From: Chiloscyllium plagiosum
Taxonomy: Eukaryota
Assembly: GCF_004010195.1 (NCBI RefSeq)
Contig: NC_057719.1
Span: forward strand, 75,926,882 to 75,990,881
DNA length: 64,000 nucleotides
Reading direction: 5' to 3'
Below the pieces are notes generated by a model. It was not told the origin of the DNA, did not search any database, and worked only from the letters and a program-made list of their open reading frames with translations. Positions 11,827-25,199 of the stretch are shown piece by piece (the first letter of the stretch is position 1; every line of letters starts with the position of its first letter). A program made the translations under genes and the position numbers.

Positions 11827-13368
11827 ACTTGATTGAATTGTTTGATGTGGTAACAGAGAAGGTTAAACAAGCTGGTGTGGTGTGGATTTTTGAGAGACGT
11901 TTTTGATCAAAAGGTAAAGTGGGAGGATTTCCAAAATGATAGAAGCTTAGAGAAAGTGGTGTTTTAGATATGGAATTGGCTCAGGGAAATACAACATACG
12001 CTGGTGGTTCGCATAAGTCTTTCAGATTGGGAGGTGATTTTGGGAAGTCAGTTTCGTGTTCAAAGCACTTTACTATTTCAATAAATGGCTTAGCCTTGGT
12101 GGTAGGGTATAGTATAAAATGTTGGCACATTGTATACAACTCAGCAATGATAAATAGAAATGCAGGAAGTTGTAGACTTAAGAATTAAATGTATAAGAAA
12201 TCTTGGTGTTTACATATATATAAAATTAAGGGCCTCAGTCATAGGGAGAGTTTGCAAAAGTTAAGATGATTCTGATTGGAACAGGCAAGGTGAGGAAATG
12301 AGCTCATAGAGGTTTTGTGCTGATGAGGTCTGGAGTTGGAAAAAAAAAAGTCCTCTTTGAGTAACCAGAGGTAATAGATTTAAAATCGAGGACAATAGAT
12401 TCAGAGAAGAGCTGAGTAAAGATGTCCTCACTTGGAGCGCCTGCAGTGCTCCACATGAAAAGGATAGTAGCAACTGATTCCAAAAGCAGTTTTAAAAGAG
12501 TCGAACAGACAAGGAATTTACAGAATTGCAGGTAAGAAGCAGCCATGAATTGAAAGGCAGAGCAGGTTCGATGGGCTGATTTTCCCTAATTTCTGCTCCT
12601 ATGTCTTATGGTCTTATGAATAAGCACGACTGATCTTTCAGAGAGCCATCACAGGCACAGTGGGCACAATGGCTTCCTTCTGTGCAGTAGGTATCTATCA
12701 TCCTAAGAATCACATATTGGGAATTTATTTTTGCTGGAGCAGAGGAAACAAATCATCTTTCAAACCCATTGTTAATTGTTGCCTTGAAAGAAGAGTGGCA
12801 TTTTTTTAACTGTGCTCGAATGTCACAAAGGTGACATGTGAATAATATGGACGCGTACTTCCATTTACTGCACAGACTATCTCATGAGACAGTATGCTGG
12901 CTGATAACATAGCAGCTGTGCAAATAATTCTTATGCAATTTCCAGACCATGCAAATATTATTGATGATTGTTCTGACATGTTGACGATCTGATCCAGACA
13001 AGCTTGTGTCACAGGCAACGGGATGTTTTCTGTGGAATTAACGATGGCCATATCCCAAGGAAAGCCCATGTCAAAACATCCCATCTGTCAACTTTGAAAT
13101 TACTGAAAGTGCACTTTTGCTTAGTTACAGCCTGATTTGGTTTGACAAGCAGCCATCGTGTTAAAGAGTGCAAGTTATGTTACTTGAACGAGAATATTTA
13201 GGGACAATGCTCCATTTTATCAGATACCACAATCTGAGTTGACTGTCCAGAAATCAAAACAACCATCAGATGTACTTTTCATCGCTGCCACAACATTTAA
13301 GTATTGAATTTACCCAATGGATGCCAGAAATGCAAAAATCAGCAGCACTTAGCAGGAGTCATAAAAAC

Positions 13369-13708
13369 CATAGAATCCCTAGAGTGTGGAAGCAGGCCGG
13401 TTCGGTCCATCAAGTCCACACCGACCCTCCGACCAATCAGACCCACCCCCCCCACCCTATCCCTGTAACTCTGCATTTTCCATGGCTAATCCACCCAGCC
13501 TGCACATCGCTGGACAATATGGACAATTTAGAATGGCCAATCCACCGAAACTGCACATCTTTGGACTGTGGGAGGAAACCGGAGCACTTGGAGGAAACCC
13601 ACGCAGACATGGGGAGAAGGTTCAACTCCACTCAGACAGTCGCCTGAAGCGGGAATCCAACCTGGTCCCTGGTGCTGTGTGGCAGCAGTGCTAGCCACTG
13701 AGCCACCA
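13369..13708 (-). mobile_element. HE1/V-SINE-type SINE with duplicated internal segment
   Basis: Full head, core and tail. The catggc(t/c)aatccacc...ctgcacatc..tggac segment occurs twice. Confidence 0.85.
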
Positions 13709-14147
13709 AGCTCAGTAATTAAGGAAAATAAATTGACATGCTAAATGCCGAAATAAATCTGTGCATGTTCTATTTAGTGCTCTCATTGTTTTGTTCTTTC
13801 TCATTGGGAAGGCTGGCATTTATTCTCCATCCCTGCTTGCACTGGAGCCCTTTGTAACAGTTAAATATGACTGAGTCATTCGATCAGAAAGTAATCGTGT
13901 TGGTGGTGGATTGGAGTTACACACAGGTCAGGTTGGGTGAGGACAGCAGATATCTTTCTGTAATGATGTCTGTGATCCAACTGGCTTTCTGGGTCAAACT
14001 GACAATTTCACAGCCACTTCGACCACTGCCATCGTCTTTACATCCATAAAAATTATTTCCATATTTTAAAGCTGCTGTGGTGGAACTTAACCTCGCACTG
14101 TCTGGATTGCCAGCCCAGGGATACAATCATCCTGTTTTCGTCAGTGA

Positions 14148-14450
14148 GATTAGATTCCCTACAGTGTGGAAACAGGCCCTTTGGCCCAACAAGTCCACAC
14201 CGACCCTCCGAAGAGCAACTCATCCAGACCCATTCCCCTATATTTACCCCTGACTAATGCACCTCACACTATGGGCAACTTAACATGGCCAATTCACCTG
14301 ACCTGCACATCTTTGGACTGTGGGAGGAAACCCATGCAGACACGGGGAGAATGTGCAAACTCCACACAGACAGTCGCCCAAGGTAGGAATTGAACCTGGG
14401 TCCGTGGCGCTGTGAGGCAGCAGTGCTAACCACTGAGCCACTGTCCTGCC
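14148..14450 (-). mobile_element. HE1/V-SINE-type SINE
   Basis: gattagattccctacagtgtggaaacaggccc tail, core and head. Confidence 0.88.
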
Positions 14451-15175
14451 ATTATTTACGAGGCACTTTGAGATCTTCTAAGGTCATGCAAGATGCTGTT
14501 GAGATACAAGTTACATCTTTGTTTTTCTTGTTGTTAATCCAGCTCCTTTCACACCTCCACGGCATTCCACAGTCTTGTAGATGAACAGAGATAAGGCAGG
14601 AGATGTTTTCAGATATTTTCAAACGGAGGTTATGGGATGAGAAGCAAAGGCACACTGGTGTACAATACTTGCAAATATTACCCCCCTGCCCTGAGTTTTA
14701 GAGGCCTTTTGCATGTTTAAAATCCTCCCCCCTGTATGTAAAAATAAAGACCCAAAGACTTTTGGTTGACCAGGTATAACTCTATTGAACGTTACATCAG
14801 TGTGACTGGAGCTACACGGGTCCCACCCTTGTGACATTAGATTCTCGACAATTGTTTTATATTCCACCATCTCCACCCACGTGTATTCTCAGGCTAACAT
14901 CTACCTCTCATTCGGACAAATTTTGTTGTAATTTTGATTCTTAGGCTCTTTGTAACTCTCAAGCCAGACTTCCATCGCAATGTTTTGTTAACAGGCTTTG
15001 CAATGATGGTGAGGCTGTTGTGCAGCGTAGAGTTTCCAGCCTCCTAGCAGAGTACTAACACGTGACTACTGAGGTCACGGTGACACCATAGGTTCCCTCA
15101 GAGGCACATCTACATGTTCATTAAATTCTATTCTGTCTGATTTCTGTCTGGCCGTTTAGCTACCCTTGGTGAGTA

Positions 15176-15810
15176 TGTTATGGACCAGGCCAGAGCCCCA
15201 CAAATTATTTTAAGAAGGTAGCCTTGACCCTAATGTTTTCTTATTTTAAAGGCAGATGTGAAATGGATATTCCAGGTGTGATGCAGCTGGTCAAACCACT
15301 CGGCTTTATGCAAATCAGAATTTAGACACAATAGTTGAAACGCGAACGAAAGAAAGTGGAATTTAGAATAACTTAACTATTGGGAAACTTAATCGATCCG
15401 CGACAGTAACTATTACTAATCAAATGTTCTGATGCAGTAACATCCCTTGGCAAAAAGGTAAAAGGGAACAACATCCAGAGAGAAATTTCAGAAGCAAGTC
15501 AGAGGAGTTCTTTACTGAAGCTTGCAACTCCCCTGGACTCTCAGATCTTGTGACTGCTGCCCCTGAAAACAAACAAGAAGAAAACCTGAATTGGGAGAAC
15601 TGGCCACTCCCCTTCCATTATTAAATACTCTGCCCTGGGTTTTGAAGGCCTTTTATATGTTTAAAACCCTCCCCACTGTATGTGAAAAAAAAAGACTCAA
15701 AGGGAGTTAAATTGTTTAACTCCCTGGACTCCTTGGCACCTCTGCATTTACCATCTCTCTTCAAAAAAAAAAGGACAAACGAATCTTGTTCAAGCAACAG
15801 CATCATCACA
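15176..15810 (-). mobile_element. Solo LTR related to the Gmr1-like element
   Basis: Begins tgttatggacca (reverse complement of the LTR end tggtccataaca) and ends tcatcaca (reverse complement of tgtgatga). 635 bp. No exact TSD seen. Confidence 0.75.
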
Positions 15811-16865
15811 AAGAGTTGTAGGAGTTCTCACCATCGCCAAGAAAATCAAGACCAAGACTCACCAACACCCACACAACCCGTTCCCCATCCTGCTCTTAAA
15901 CCCTTCTATGGACACAATTCCAGCAGAATTGTTTTCCTCTTTTCCTGCCCAGGATTTGGATGAATTCCCTGGGCACGTGGGCTCACAAATTGTTAAACCG
16001 TGAGGACACAATTGTAGAGATTATGCTTAAGTTCTCTTGAGTAGAGAAGTTTCCATTGATCTCTTGCTACCGCTCCCATGTTAACTCACAGAACAATCAT
16101 CATAGCATCTAAAGCAATAAATACTAAATCCCCTTTCATTGGCTGCAGTATCTTAAAGCTTGGGGCATTTTTAAAGCATTTTAAAGCTTAAACCAGAATT
16201 TCCCGCCCTTTCAGTGCCTGTAAACTAGTGAGAAGTGGTTTCTTGGCTTCATTATATGGTTATAGAAGATTCTGGAAAGAGGTAGATTGACAACCAATGG
16301 AGCACTCCATATGGCCAACTGGCTAGAGGAAAGACAATCTACGGGATCATGTCAGAGACTGAATCTATCCCCAATTTTTGCATTTCAATGGCTGCATAAA
16401 CCAGGTATCCTGATTCTCCCAAGCCTAGTAAAATAGCGGAAAGTTGATTGCACAAGCATAACGCAGTTTACTGAGAATATCAGACAGACCGGAACTGAAT
16501 TTGAGCACACCGGCTTCCAAGGCATAAATGATGCTTCATACATTTTAGTTTAGTTTGACATTGGCAGCATGTCAAAGAGGTTCGGGTGCCTGCAGGAAGA
16601 AGTCCAATCAAGTTCTCAATGTGAAATTTGAAGTAGAAATGTTCATCTTTTAAGCAATTTTGAATTGGGTTGAGTTGTGGTATTTGACATTGTAGCAAAC
16701 ATCTTTGCACACTGCACCCTTATCTCTCTTCATTGCATGCCCTTTACCTGTTGCACTGTCTGCTTCAGATAGGTGCTAACACAGATATGCCTGCAACACT
16801 GGGTTACTGTTATAGTGTAAAGGATTAATGTGAACACGCTAACAAGATAGGCTACATCATCAATG

Positions 16866-16974
16866 AGGAGAAAGTGAGGTCTGCAGATGCTGGAGATCAG
16901 AGATGGAAATGTGTTGCTGGAAAAGCGCAGCAGGTCAGGCAGCATCCAGGGAACAGGAGAATCGACGTTTCGGG
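16866..16974 (-). mobile_element. Penelope terminal-repeat fragment
   Basis: aggagaaagtgagg...gcagcatcc...aatcgacgtttcggg, same family as 53674 and 23759, truncated inside the hammerhead motif. Confidence 0.75.
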
Positions 16975-18913
16975 ATGCAAGATCTCGTGACTGCCAGAAC
17001 TAATGTACTGAGAGATGGTTGGATGTGAACCCTTGTGCAAAGCCTTGTCCTGCATGTAGGGAGAAGGCAATGTTCGAATAAAGGTTATGTTTAAGAACAG
17101 CCAACTCTTCTAGTCTCTCTCACCTCTAGCCCTGAATGTGACTACATAACAATCACAATGCATTGGGAAAGGATGGCAAGTGAAAAGGCAGCAAGCAAAA
17201 CAAATGGTGAATGAAAGGACAGCACCAGAAAAATAAGGCAGGAAATGGCAAAGACATCAATCAGCAATCAAAAAGCATGTGGATTATGGCTAGATGAAAG
17301 ACAAGCCATATAAAAAAGCCCACTCTTATTGGCTTGTTTGAGAAGTATAGAAAACAGTAGGGCATTCCATCTTTCCTGGCCTGCTCCACCGTTCATTATG
17401 ATCATGGCTAATCACCCAACTCCATAACCTGTCCACATTTTTCCCTCAGATCCATTGATCTCCTTTAGCCCCAAGTTCTGTATCCAACTCCTCCGTGAAA
17501 TCAGAATGTTTTGACCTCTATGGCTTTCTGTGGTAGCAAATTCCACTGTCTGGCTGAAGGAGTTTCTCTCATCTCAGTCCTCAATAGTGTACTCCTGTAT
17601 CCTTAACCTATCACCCCTGGTTCTGGACTCTTGCCATCGTGAATTTCCTCCCTGCATTCACCGTGTCTAGTCCAGTTAGAATTGCATAGGGTTCTATGAG
17701 ATCTCACCACATTTTTCTGAAAGTGGAGCAGGTCAAAATCTGGCTGAGAAGTTGCTGAATTATCCTTGTAGATTTGAGAGGTACAGGACTGCATCAGGGC
17801 GAGTAGAAAAATGTAGCGAGGAATAAGTAAATATCTTTCTTGCCGCCATAACGTGGTATAGCAGATGACATCTTGGTCTAATGGGGTATAACTGCAGAAA
17901 TGGCTGCCAATGCAGAACTTATAAGAACATTTGATGCATTCTTCAAGCTTGTGAGGCATTACGTGGACAGTAGTTCAAACCTTGAGAGCTGCTGGCCAGT
18001 CAGAGGTTTGTAGTTCTCTGTTGCCAGCAGCGCACTGGGAATGATGGAGGCTGCCGGTATTGCAGGTAGGTCTTCACTTGTTGCTGGATCCCTGGAGAGA
18101 GGTATGGTAGAACGGTTGTGGATGTTTTCTAATCAACCTGCTCAAAGATGTGATTATACATATTTGGAGTAGGTGGGGCTTGAAACCAGGTGTCCGGGCT
18201 CAGAGGTAGGGACACTACCATTACACCACTTGAAGTGGTATGAGAGTCTCCAGGAATGGGTAGAAGGTGAGCAACTGAGGTTCAGAGATGCAAGACCAAG
18301 TGGTTTGAATGCTTTGTTTGACTACCGAACATCTATTAACAGCATGATAAATTGCAATAAATTGACTTGCCAGTATCCAAACCTTCAGATGAATTAGTTC
18401 ATAGTGACTGAGAGGGATGTGGGCCAAGTGCTGGCAAATGGGATTAGATTAATTTAGGATATCTGTTCGGCATGGACGAATTGAACGAAAGGGTCGGTAT
18501 CCATGCTGTATATCTTTGTGATTCCATGACTAAAATTATCGTGATCAAATGATAGTCTGATGTTGTGCACTGATGTCCTAACCATTTCACTAAATCCATT
18601 ATGTATCAGTGTGCATCTAGCCAATATCTTAAAAGGATTTGAAGATTTCATCAGAGAATTGCAAACAATTGGAGCTCCAACTTTTTGTAATTGGTTCTAG
18701 AACAAAGTTACATTACTGACTAATACGATATCAGATCAGAATGTCATCAGCATCGCCTGCAATCTGTGATAACACAGCCATTTCATTCACTGCAGTGTGT
18801 CAGGGTTTGCCACTCAGCAGCTGTTAACTCTTGCTTTCCCTCTGCTGAGACCAGGCATTGTGTTCAGTAAATATTTGTCAAGTTTGTAGAATAGTTGGGA
18901 AGAACACAGGAAG

Positions 18914-19794
18914 TGGCTCAAAGGTAGAAGACAGAGGGTGGTGGTGGAGGGTTGTTTTTCAGACTGGAGGCCTGTGACCAGTGGAGTGCCACAAGGATCA
19001 GTGCTGGGTCCACTACTTCTGACATTTACATTAATGATTTGGATTCGAGCATAAGAGGTACAGTTAATAAGTTTGCAGATGATACCAAAATTGGAGGTGT
19101 AGTGGACAGTAAAGAGAGTTACCTCAGATTACAATAGGATCTGGACCAGATGGGCCAATGGGTCGAGAAGTGGCAGATGGAATTTAATTCAGATAAATGC
19201 GAGATGCTGCATTTTGGGAAAGCAAATCTTAGCAGGACTTATACACTTAATGGTAAGGTCCTAGGGAGTGTTGCTGAACAAAGAGACCTTGAGGTGCAGG
19301 TCCATAGCTCCTTGAAAGTGGAGTTGCAGGTAGATNNNNNNNNNNNNNNNNNNNNNGCTACAGGGAGAGGCTGAACAGGCTGTGGCTGTTTTCCCTGGAG
19401 CGTCGGAGGCTGAGGGGTGACCTTATAGAGGTTTACAAAATGATGAGGAGCATGCATTGGGTAAATAGACAAGGTCTTTTCCCTGGGTTCTGGGAGTCCA
19501 GAACTAGAGGGCATAGGTTTAGGGTGAGAGGGGAAAGATATAAAAGACACCTAAGGGGCAACTTTTTCACGCAGAAGGTGGTACGTGTATGGAATGAGCT
19601 GCCAGAGGAAATGGTGGAGGCTGATACAATTGCAACATTTAAGAGGCATTTGGATGGGTATATGAATAGGAAGGGTTTGGAGGGATATGGGCCGGGTGCT
19701 GGCAGGTGGCACTAGATTGGGTTGGGATATCTGGTCGGCATGGACGGGTTGAACCAAATGGTCTGTTTCCATGCTGTACATCTCTATGACTCTA
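18914..19794 (+). mobile_element. CR1-type LINE 3' fragment (RT end and 3' UTR) containing an N gap
   Basis: [42 protein letters not shown] and a (ctatgact)n tail. Confidence 0.93.
19336..19356. other. Assembly gap (21 N)
   Basis: Run of n characters. Confidence 1.
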
Positions 19795-21382
19795 AGTGAG
19801 TTTAGTTTGGCCTGAACTGTAATGTGCAGTCAAACAGAATTAAACTGGTTATAAACAGGATAATGTGTCCAAGCTGACAGCAGAGCCGGACTCTTGAGCC
19901 TGGGGCTCGTCTGCTTTATTTCCTTTCTTTTCTGTGTTTTTTCTGTTTTCTCATTTTTGTTTTCCTTTTTACTTACTTTTCATCTCTTGTGGAGAGTGTG
20001 GCGAGGTGAGCCCAGGGTGGACCCATGGCTGCTGTGGCAGAGGCAAGGTTTTGTCCCTTGCGGTGTCTGCATCCAGCGCAGATTCTTGGGACAGCATCGA
20101 GGGGAGGTGGCGAGTTTAAGCCCAGTATGAGACCTGGCAGCATCAGTAGTGGCTGCATTGGCAAGGTCCACCAAGGACCCATGAGGGGGAACGGGAGAGT
20201 GGCCACACCCATTTCAGTGGTTCGGCATGGGGACTCATAGCTGACCTCTCCAGTGCCTGTGGCGGTGCAGTTAACATGAAGGACTGGAAAGTTGAACTTT
20301 ATTTCTTTTTCTGCTTTACATTCTGTGTTTTGGTTTATTTTAATGTGTTTTAAGATGGCGCCAGAGAGTAGTGACACTAAACGATACTTTTCACGATATT
20401 TTGTAGCAGAGCACACGCAGTAATAAATAAACAGGTGTAAAATAGATAAATGCCATGTTGGAGGCTGGTGCATTATAGCCCATCCGTCCAAAGGAAGACT
20501 TCACATTACTCTCATCATTTTCTCCAAATGTCACTTGAATGAATTTAAGGTCTTCATCTTCCCTCCTTCACTTGCTAAATTGCTGATCATTCTGCATGGT
20601 GAAGGGTTTCTTTGTATGTGCCCTAAGTTCTTCTTTAACCAGTTTTATTCTCCACAGATGTTGCCGGACCTGCTGAGTTCCTCCAGCATTTTCTTTCTCG
20701 GTGCTATATTTCCTTTAGGTCTGGTCCCCTGGAAGGTCCTGAGGTAGGCTTACCTTATTCAGGCAAAAAAACACTGAAGGCTAGATTAAGATGATGACAG
20801 GGAGCAGTGGAGAGAAGAGTTTCAAAAATTATTTTGGAAGCATCTGCCTTACTTTATTCTGCTATTTTGTCAGGAATATTCATGGTGAGGTTTCATATCC
20901 TTATTCCAATTCCGTGTGCTACTTTATGAGAATGAATGAATTTTATGTTCCACTCACTCACTATTCTCACCTTAATTTCTCTGCACTTCTTTCACACCAT
21001 GTCCTTGTCTATGTAATATCCATTTAGATATATAAATGTGTATCTATATATCTATATATGTGTCACTCACTCTCTGTTTTTCCACTTTTTGGGCCATTAT
21101 TACTTTCTTTTGGGGGTTGGTTAGCTGAGTTGGCTGGATGACTGATTTGCAACTGGTGTCAACAGCGTGGGATTAATTCCTGCACTGGCTAAGGTTGCTG
21201 TGAAGGAATCTCCTTCTCCACCTCTTCCCTCACTGGAGACATGGTGGTACTCAGGTTAAATCACCGCCAGTCATCTCTCTCTCTCTCTAGTGAGAAAGTA
21301 GCCCTATGGTGCAAAAGAACTATGGCAACTTTACCTTTTTACTTGCTGTAATTTTTCATCGATCTGCACATATCTGTCTTTC

Positions 21383-21868
21383 AGAGTCAAAGAGATGTAC
21401 AACACTGAAACAGACCCTTCAGTCCAACTCGTCCATGTCAACCAGATATCCTAACCAAATCTAGTCCCATTTGCCAGCACTCGGCTCATATCCCTATTCA
21501 TATACCCATCCAGATTACAAATGTTGTAATTGTACCAGCCTCCAACACTTCCTCTGGCAGCTCATTCCATACACGCACCTCCCTCTGTGTGAAAAAGTTC
21601 CCATGAGGTCCCTTTTATCTCTTTCCCCTCTCACCCTAAAACTATGTCCTCTAGTTCTGGATTTCACTACCCCAAGGAAAAGACCATGTCTATTTACCTT
21701 ATCCATCCATGCCCCTCATGATTTTATAAACCTCTATAAGGCCACCCCTCAGCCTCTGAAAACAGCCACAGCCTATTTGGCCTCTCACTATAGTACAAAC
21801 CTTCCAACCCTGGCAACATCCTTGTAAATCTGTTCTGAACCTTTTCACGTTTCACAATATCCTTCCTA
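21383..21868 (-). mobile_element. CR1 LINE 3' fragment
   Basis: Reverse complement of the family at 19360-19794 (SRTRGH motif, tail). Confidence 0.9.
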
Positions 21869-22150
21869 CTTCAGCGCTGCTTTTCTGTCTGTGTACATGT
21901 TCATTCCTATTTGTCTACTTTAATGAATCCAATAGAAATTAGTCTGCGCTCACACTGAAAGGCCAGGAGCCAACCAGAAATTCAGCCATGGGCAACCTCA
22001 CTTCAATGAGCTGGCACTATCTGGCACACCTCCTCAGGCAGCTCTCCCTTCGGGAAGATTAACCCGTGAAGTGGACAGCACTCCTGACCCTCCTAGTTCC
22101 ATATTGATTAAAATGCACATCTCTTTGGGGGCAAGCAGTGTCATGGCAAC

Positions 22151-22335
22151 AAAACTCAGCAGGTCTGGCAGCACTAGCAGAGAGAGGTCAGAGTCAACGC
22201 TTCAGGGCCAGTTACCCTTCTTCGGAACTGACTGAGTTCTGAAGTAGGATCGCTGGACCCAAAACATTGACCATGTTTCTCTCTCCACAGGTACTGCCAG
22301 ACCTGCTGAGTTTTTCTAGCAATTTCTGATTTTGA
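22151..22335. mobile_element. Older fold-back Penelope-type terminal-repeat pair
   Basis: Perfect 21-bp inverted arms (22151-22171 / 22294-22314) with decayed ctgaag...aaaca cores facing outward from the centre at ~22232. Confidence 0.7.
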
Positions 22336-23287
22336 TTCAATAATTAATTGCGGTGAGAATTCTATTCAGCATTCAGAATTAAGTTTAGCTTCTGATCTGT
22401 CAAAATATAAGCCTATAGTATTGGTATTGGTTCGAGTATTCACCTTTGATTTGAATTAAGTGCAACAGATCTGTGCAATGTCCTGCTGCTACAAGGTAAA
22501 AGAAAAACACACAAATTGAACAATTGTTAAAGAATCAATTAAGCTGCCAATTCTCCTCAGCTCTATGTCTGACTACCGAATCAGTTTTCTTCTTGTCAAA
22601 AGTGCCAACATTCTATAACATCAGAGACTGGGAGCAGTATATTTACTTATTGCTCATTTTTTCACAATGAAATAATCTTGTCACTGGAAATGATCATTTT
22701 GATTTCTCTTCACTGCCGCTGCCTGACCTGCTGAGCTTTTCCAGCAACTTCTCTATTTGAATCTTATCACTATTTAGGACCATTTCAGCAGGATATGCGT
22801 CAAATATGATATCGCATGGCCTGCCCTTTGCAAACCGCATTTGAACCAGATGGTTTTAGCCACAACTCTGTGGAATTGATATCACTTGAGCAAATCTGTT
22901 TAAAACAGTGAACTTTGTTCCCAATTGTTACTAACATTGTACCATGTTAATGTTGACATTTTTCTCTGACGTGAAGTACAGGGATTGGTATTTACAGTTT
23001 TTCTTTATTTGAACTCATTTTTCTGTGTAACACAAAGAGAATGAGCACCCTCTTCCTCGTCCGCCGTGTGGGGAGAGCAGCTGGAGTCACTGATGTACAT
23101 TCATGGCAAACGCTGAAGTCGACTGAACTGAATGTATTTTAATATCAGGTAGCTCAGCTCTTGACATTTCCGAAAGAAAATAATAAACGCTAACCTACCA
23201 AGCCCAGGCAGACCCAATCAATATCAAATCCATCTTGCCATTGCATTTACTGCAGAGGAGTCCAGTCAGAGTGATCTGACAACATAC

Positions 23288-23930
23288 AGTCATACATCAT
23301 GGAAACAGACCCTTTAGTCCAACCAGTCCATGCCGACCATAATCCCAAACTAAACTAGTCCCACCTGCCTGCGCTTGGCCCATATCCCTCCAAACCTTTC
23401 TTATTCAGGTACTCAACTAAATGTCTTTTATACGTTGTGACTGTTCCCGCATCCACCACTTCCTCTGGCAATTCATTCCACACATTAACCACTCTGTGTG
23501 TAAAGAAAAATGCCCTTCATGTCCATTTTAAATCTTTCTCCTCTCACCTTAAACATATACGGTACCCCCTAGTCTTTAGATCCCCCGCGCTAGGAAAGAG
23601 ACACCTGCCCATCACCTTATCTATATCCCTCATGATTTTATAAGCCTCTATAAGGTTGCCTCTCAACCTCCTATGCTTCAGTGAAAGAAGTCCCAGCCTA
23701 CCCAGCCTCTCATAACTCACCTTCCATTCCTGTCATCACCCTCGTATGTCTCTTCTGATTCCTGATGAAGAACTTACGCTCGAAATGTCGATTCTCCTGC
23801 TCCTCGGATGCTGCCTGACCGGCTGTGCTTTTCCAGCAACACACTCTTCGACTCTGATCTCTAGCATCTGCAGTCCTCACTTTCTCCTCTTCTGAACCCT
23901 CTCCAGCTTAATAATATCCTTCCTATAACG
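23288..23930 (-). mobile_element. CR1 LINE 3' fragment interrupted by a Penelope repeat
   Basis: CR1 tail and KLERVQKR motif flanking the 23759-23886 insert. Confidence 0.85.
23759..23886 (+). mobile_element. Short Penelope terminal-repeat insertion with a degenerate hammerhead, inside a CR1 fragment
   Basis: cctgatgaag...cgaaatgtcg then gatgctgcctgacc...ttccagca. TSD ctcttctga at 23750-23758 and 23887-23895. Confidence 0.75.
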
Positions 23931-24679
23931 TGATAGATGCTTCTTGAACATTTCAAGTGTCAATACAGACTTTATTTCCTTACTGCCAGAAATTGCATTA
24001 GTCTTTACTGCATATTCTGTTGTTACTTGAAACTGGGAGGTTTGCATTGATTTAGTTGGATTACATGAAAGCGTTTTATACACAAATGTGAGTATGGTGG
24101 TGAGGCGAAGAGATATTGGAGCATTAGACAGTGTGCGAGTGTGGATGCCCCCTTACAACTTGGTGGTAATATTTTATTATAATGGTCTGATGGAGCTATG
24201 AGTACATCCCTACTTCTGAACCAGAAGAGCAAAGTTCATCTCCCATTTCAGGACATGACAGCCATAGAGGGTGCATTCGTCACTGATTCTCAACCTGGAT
24301 GACCTTACAGTACACCAATGGCAATGTTAAGGTTGAGAGCGACTTCCGATTAACTGTATTTGATGCAAAGCTATGCCTTTCAAATATAGTCTCTGGTGTT
24401 CTGTGCCAGGAAAATCATCAGTGGAAGTGGAAACAAACATGCACTTTGCTGCTTCAAGCACTGTTAGATGCAGGAGGTTTCTAAGATGGAGGTGCAATCT
24501 TTGTGATGCTCAATTTCTAGTGATTGTGATCACCTAAAGGATACAGCCCTGTGATTGCAAAGCAATAGTGTGATTTAAAATTGGTGCACCAGTCATGGAT
24601 AAGATGCCACTATTGCTAATGTGTCAAACGCAATTAAAACTAAATGGGTAATGCTAATTTTATTTATTCTTCCTTTAAA

Positions 24680-25075
24680 ATGTATTCATTTGTGGGATAT
24701 GGGCATCGCTGGTTAGCCAGCATTAATTGCCCATTCCTAGTTGCCCTTGAGAAGGTGGTGGTGAGCTGCCTTCCTAAACCGCTGCAGTTCACCTGCTGTG
24801 GGTTGACCCACTATGACATTGGTGAGGGAATTCCAGGATTTTGATCCAGTGAAGGAAAAGCGATATATTTCCAAGCAAGGATGATGAGTGGCTTGGAGGG
24901 GAACTTGAAGGTGGTGTTGCTCCCATGTATCTGCTGCCCTGGTCCTTCTAGATGGAAGTGGTTCTGGCTTTGGAAGGTATTGTCTGACGATCTTCGGTGA
25001 ATTTCTGCAGTGTATCTTGTAGACAGTACACACTGCTGCTATTGAGCATTGGTGGTGGAAGGAGTAGATGCTTTT
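24680..25075 (-). mobile_element. 3' end of a second LINE family (CR1/L2 group; related pieces at ~29000-29450 and 32230-32600)
   Basis: Minus ORF ending SKSWNSL...LQRFRKAAHHHLLKGN* followed by a short tail. Confidence 0.75.
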
Positions 25076-25199
25076 CAAATCTAACATCTTCTTGTAGGCT
25101 TCACCAGGCTATTTTCTAAGCCTGTGTAAGTGTAACAGGAGTAAGTATAATCTTACATTTTCTGATAAAAGACAGCTTTGAAAGAGTGAAATTTCCACC

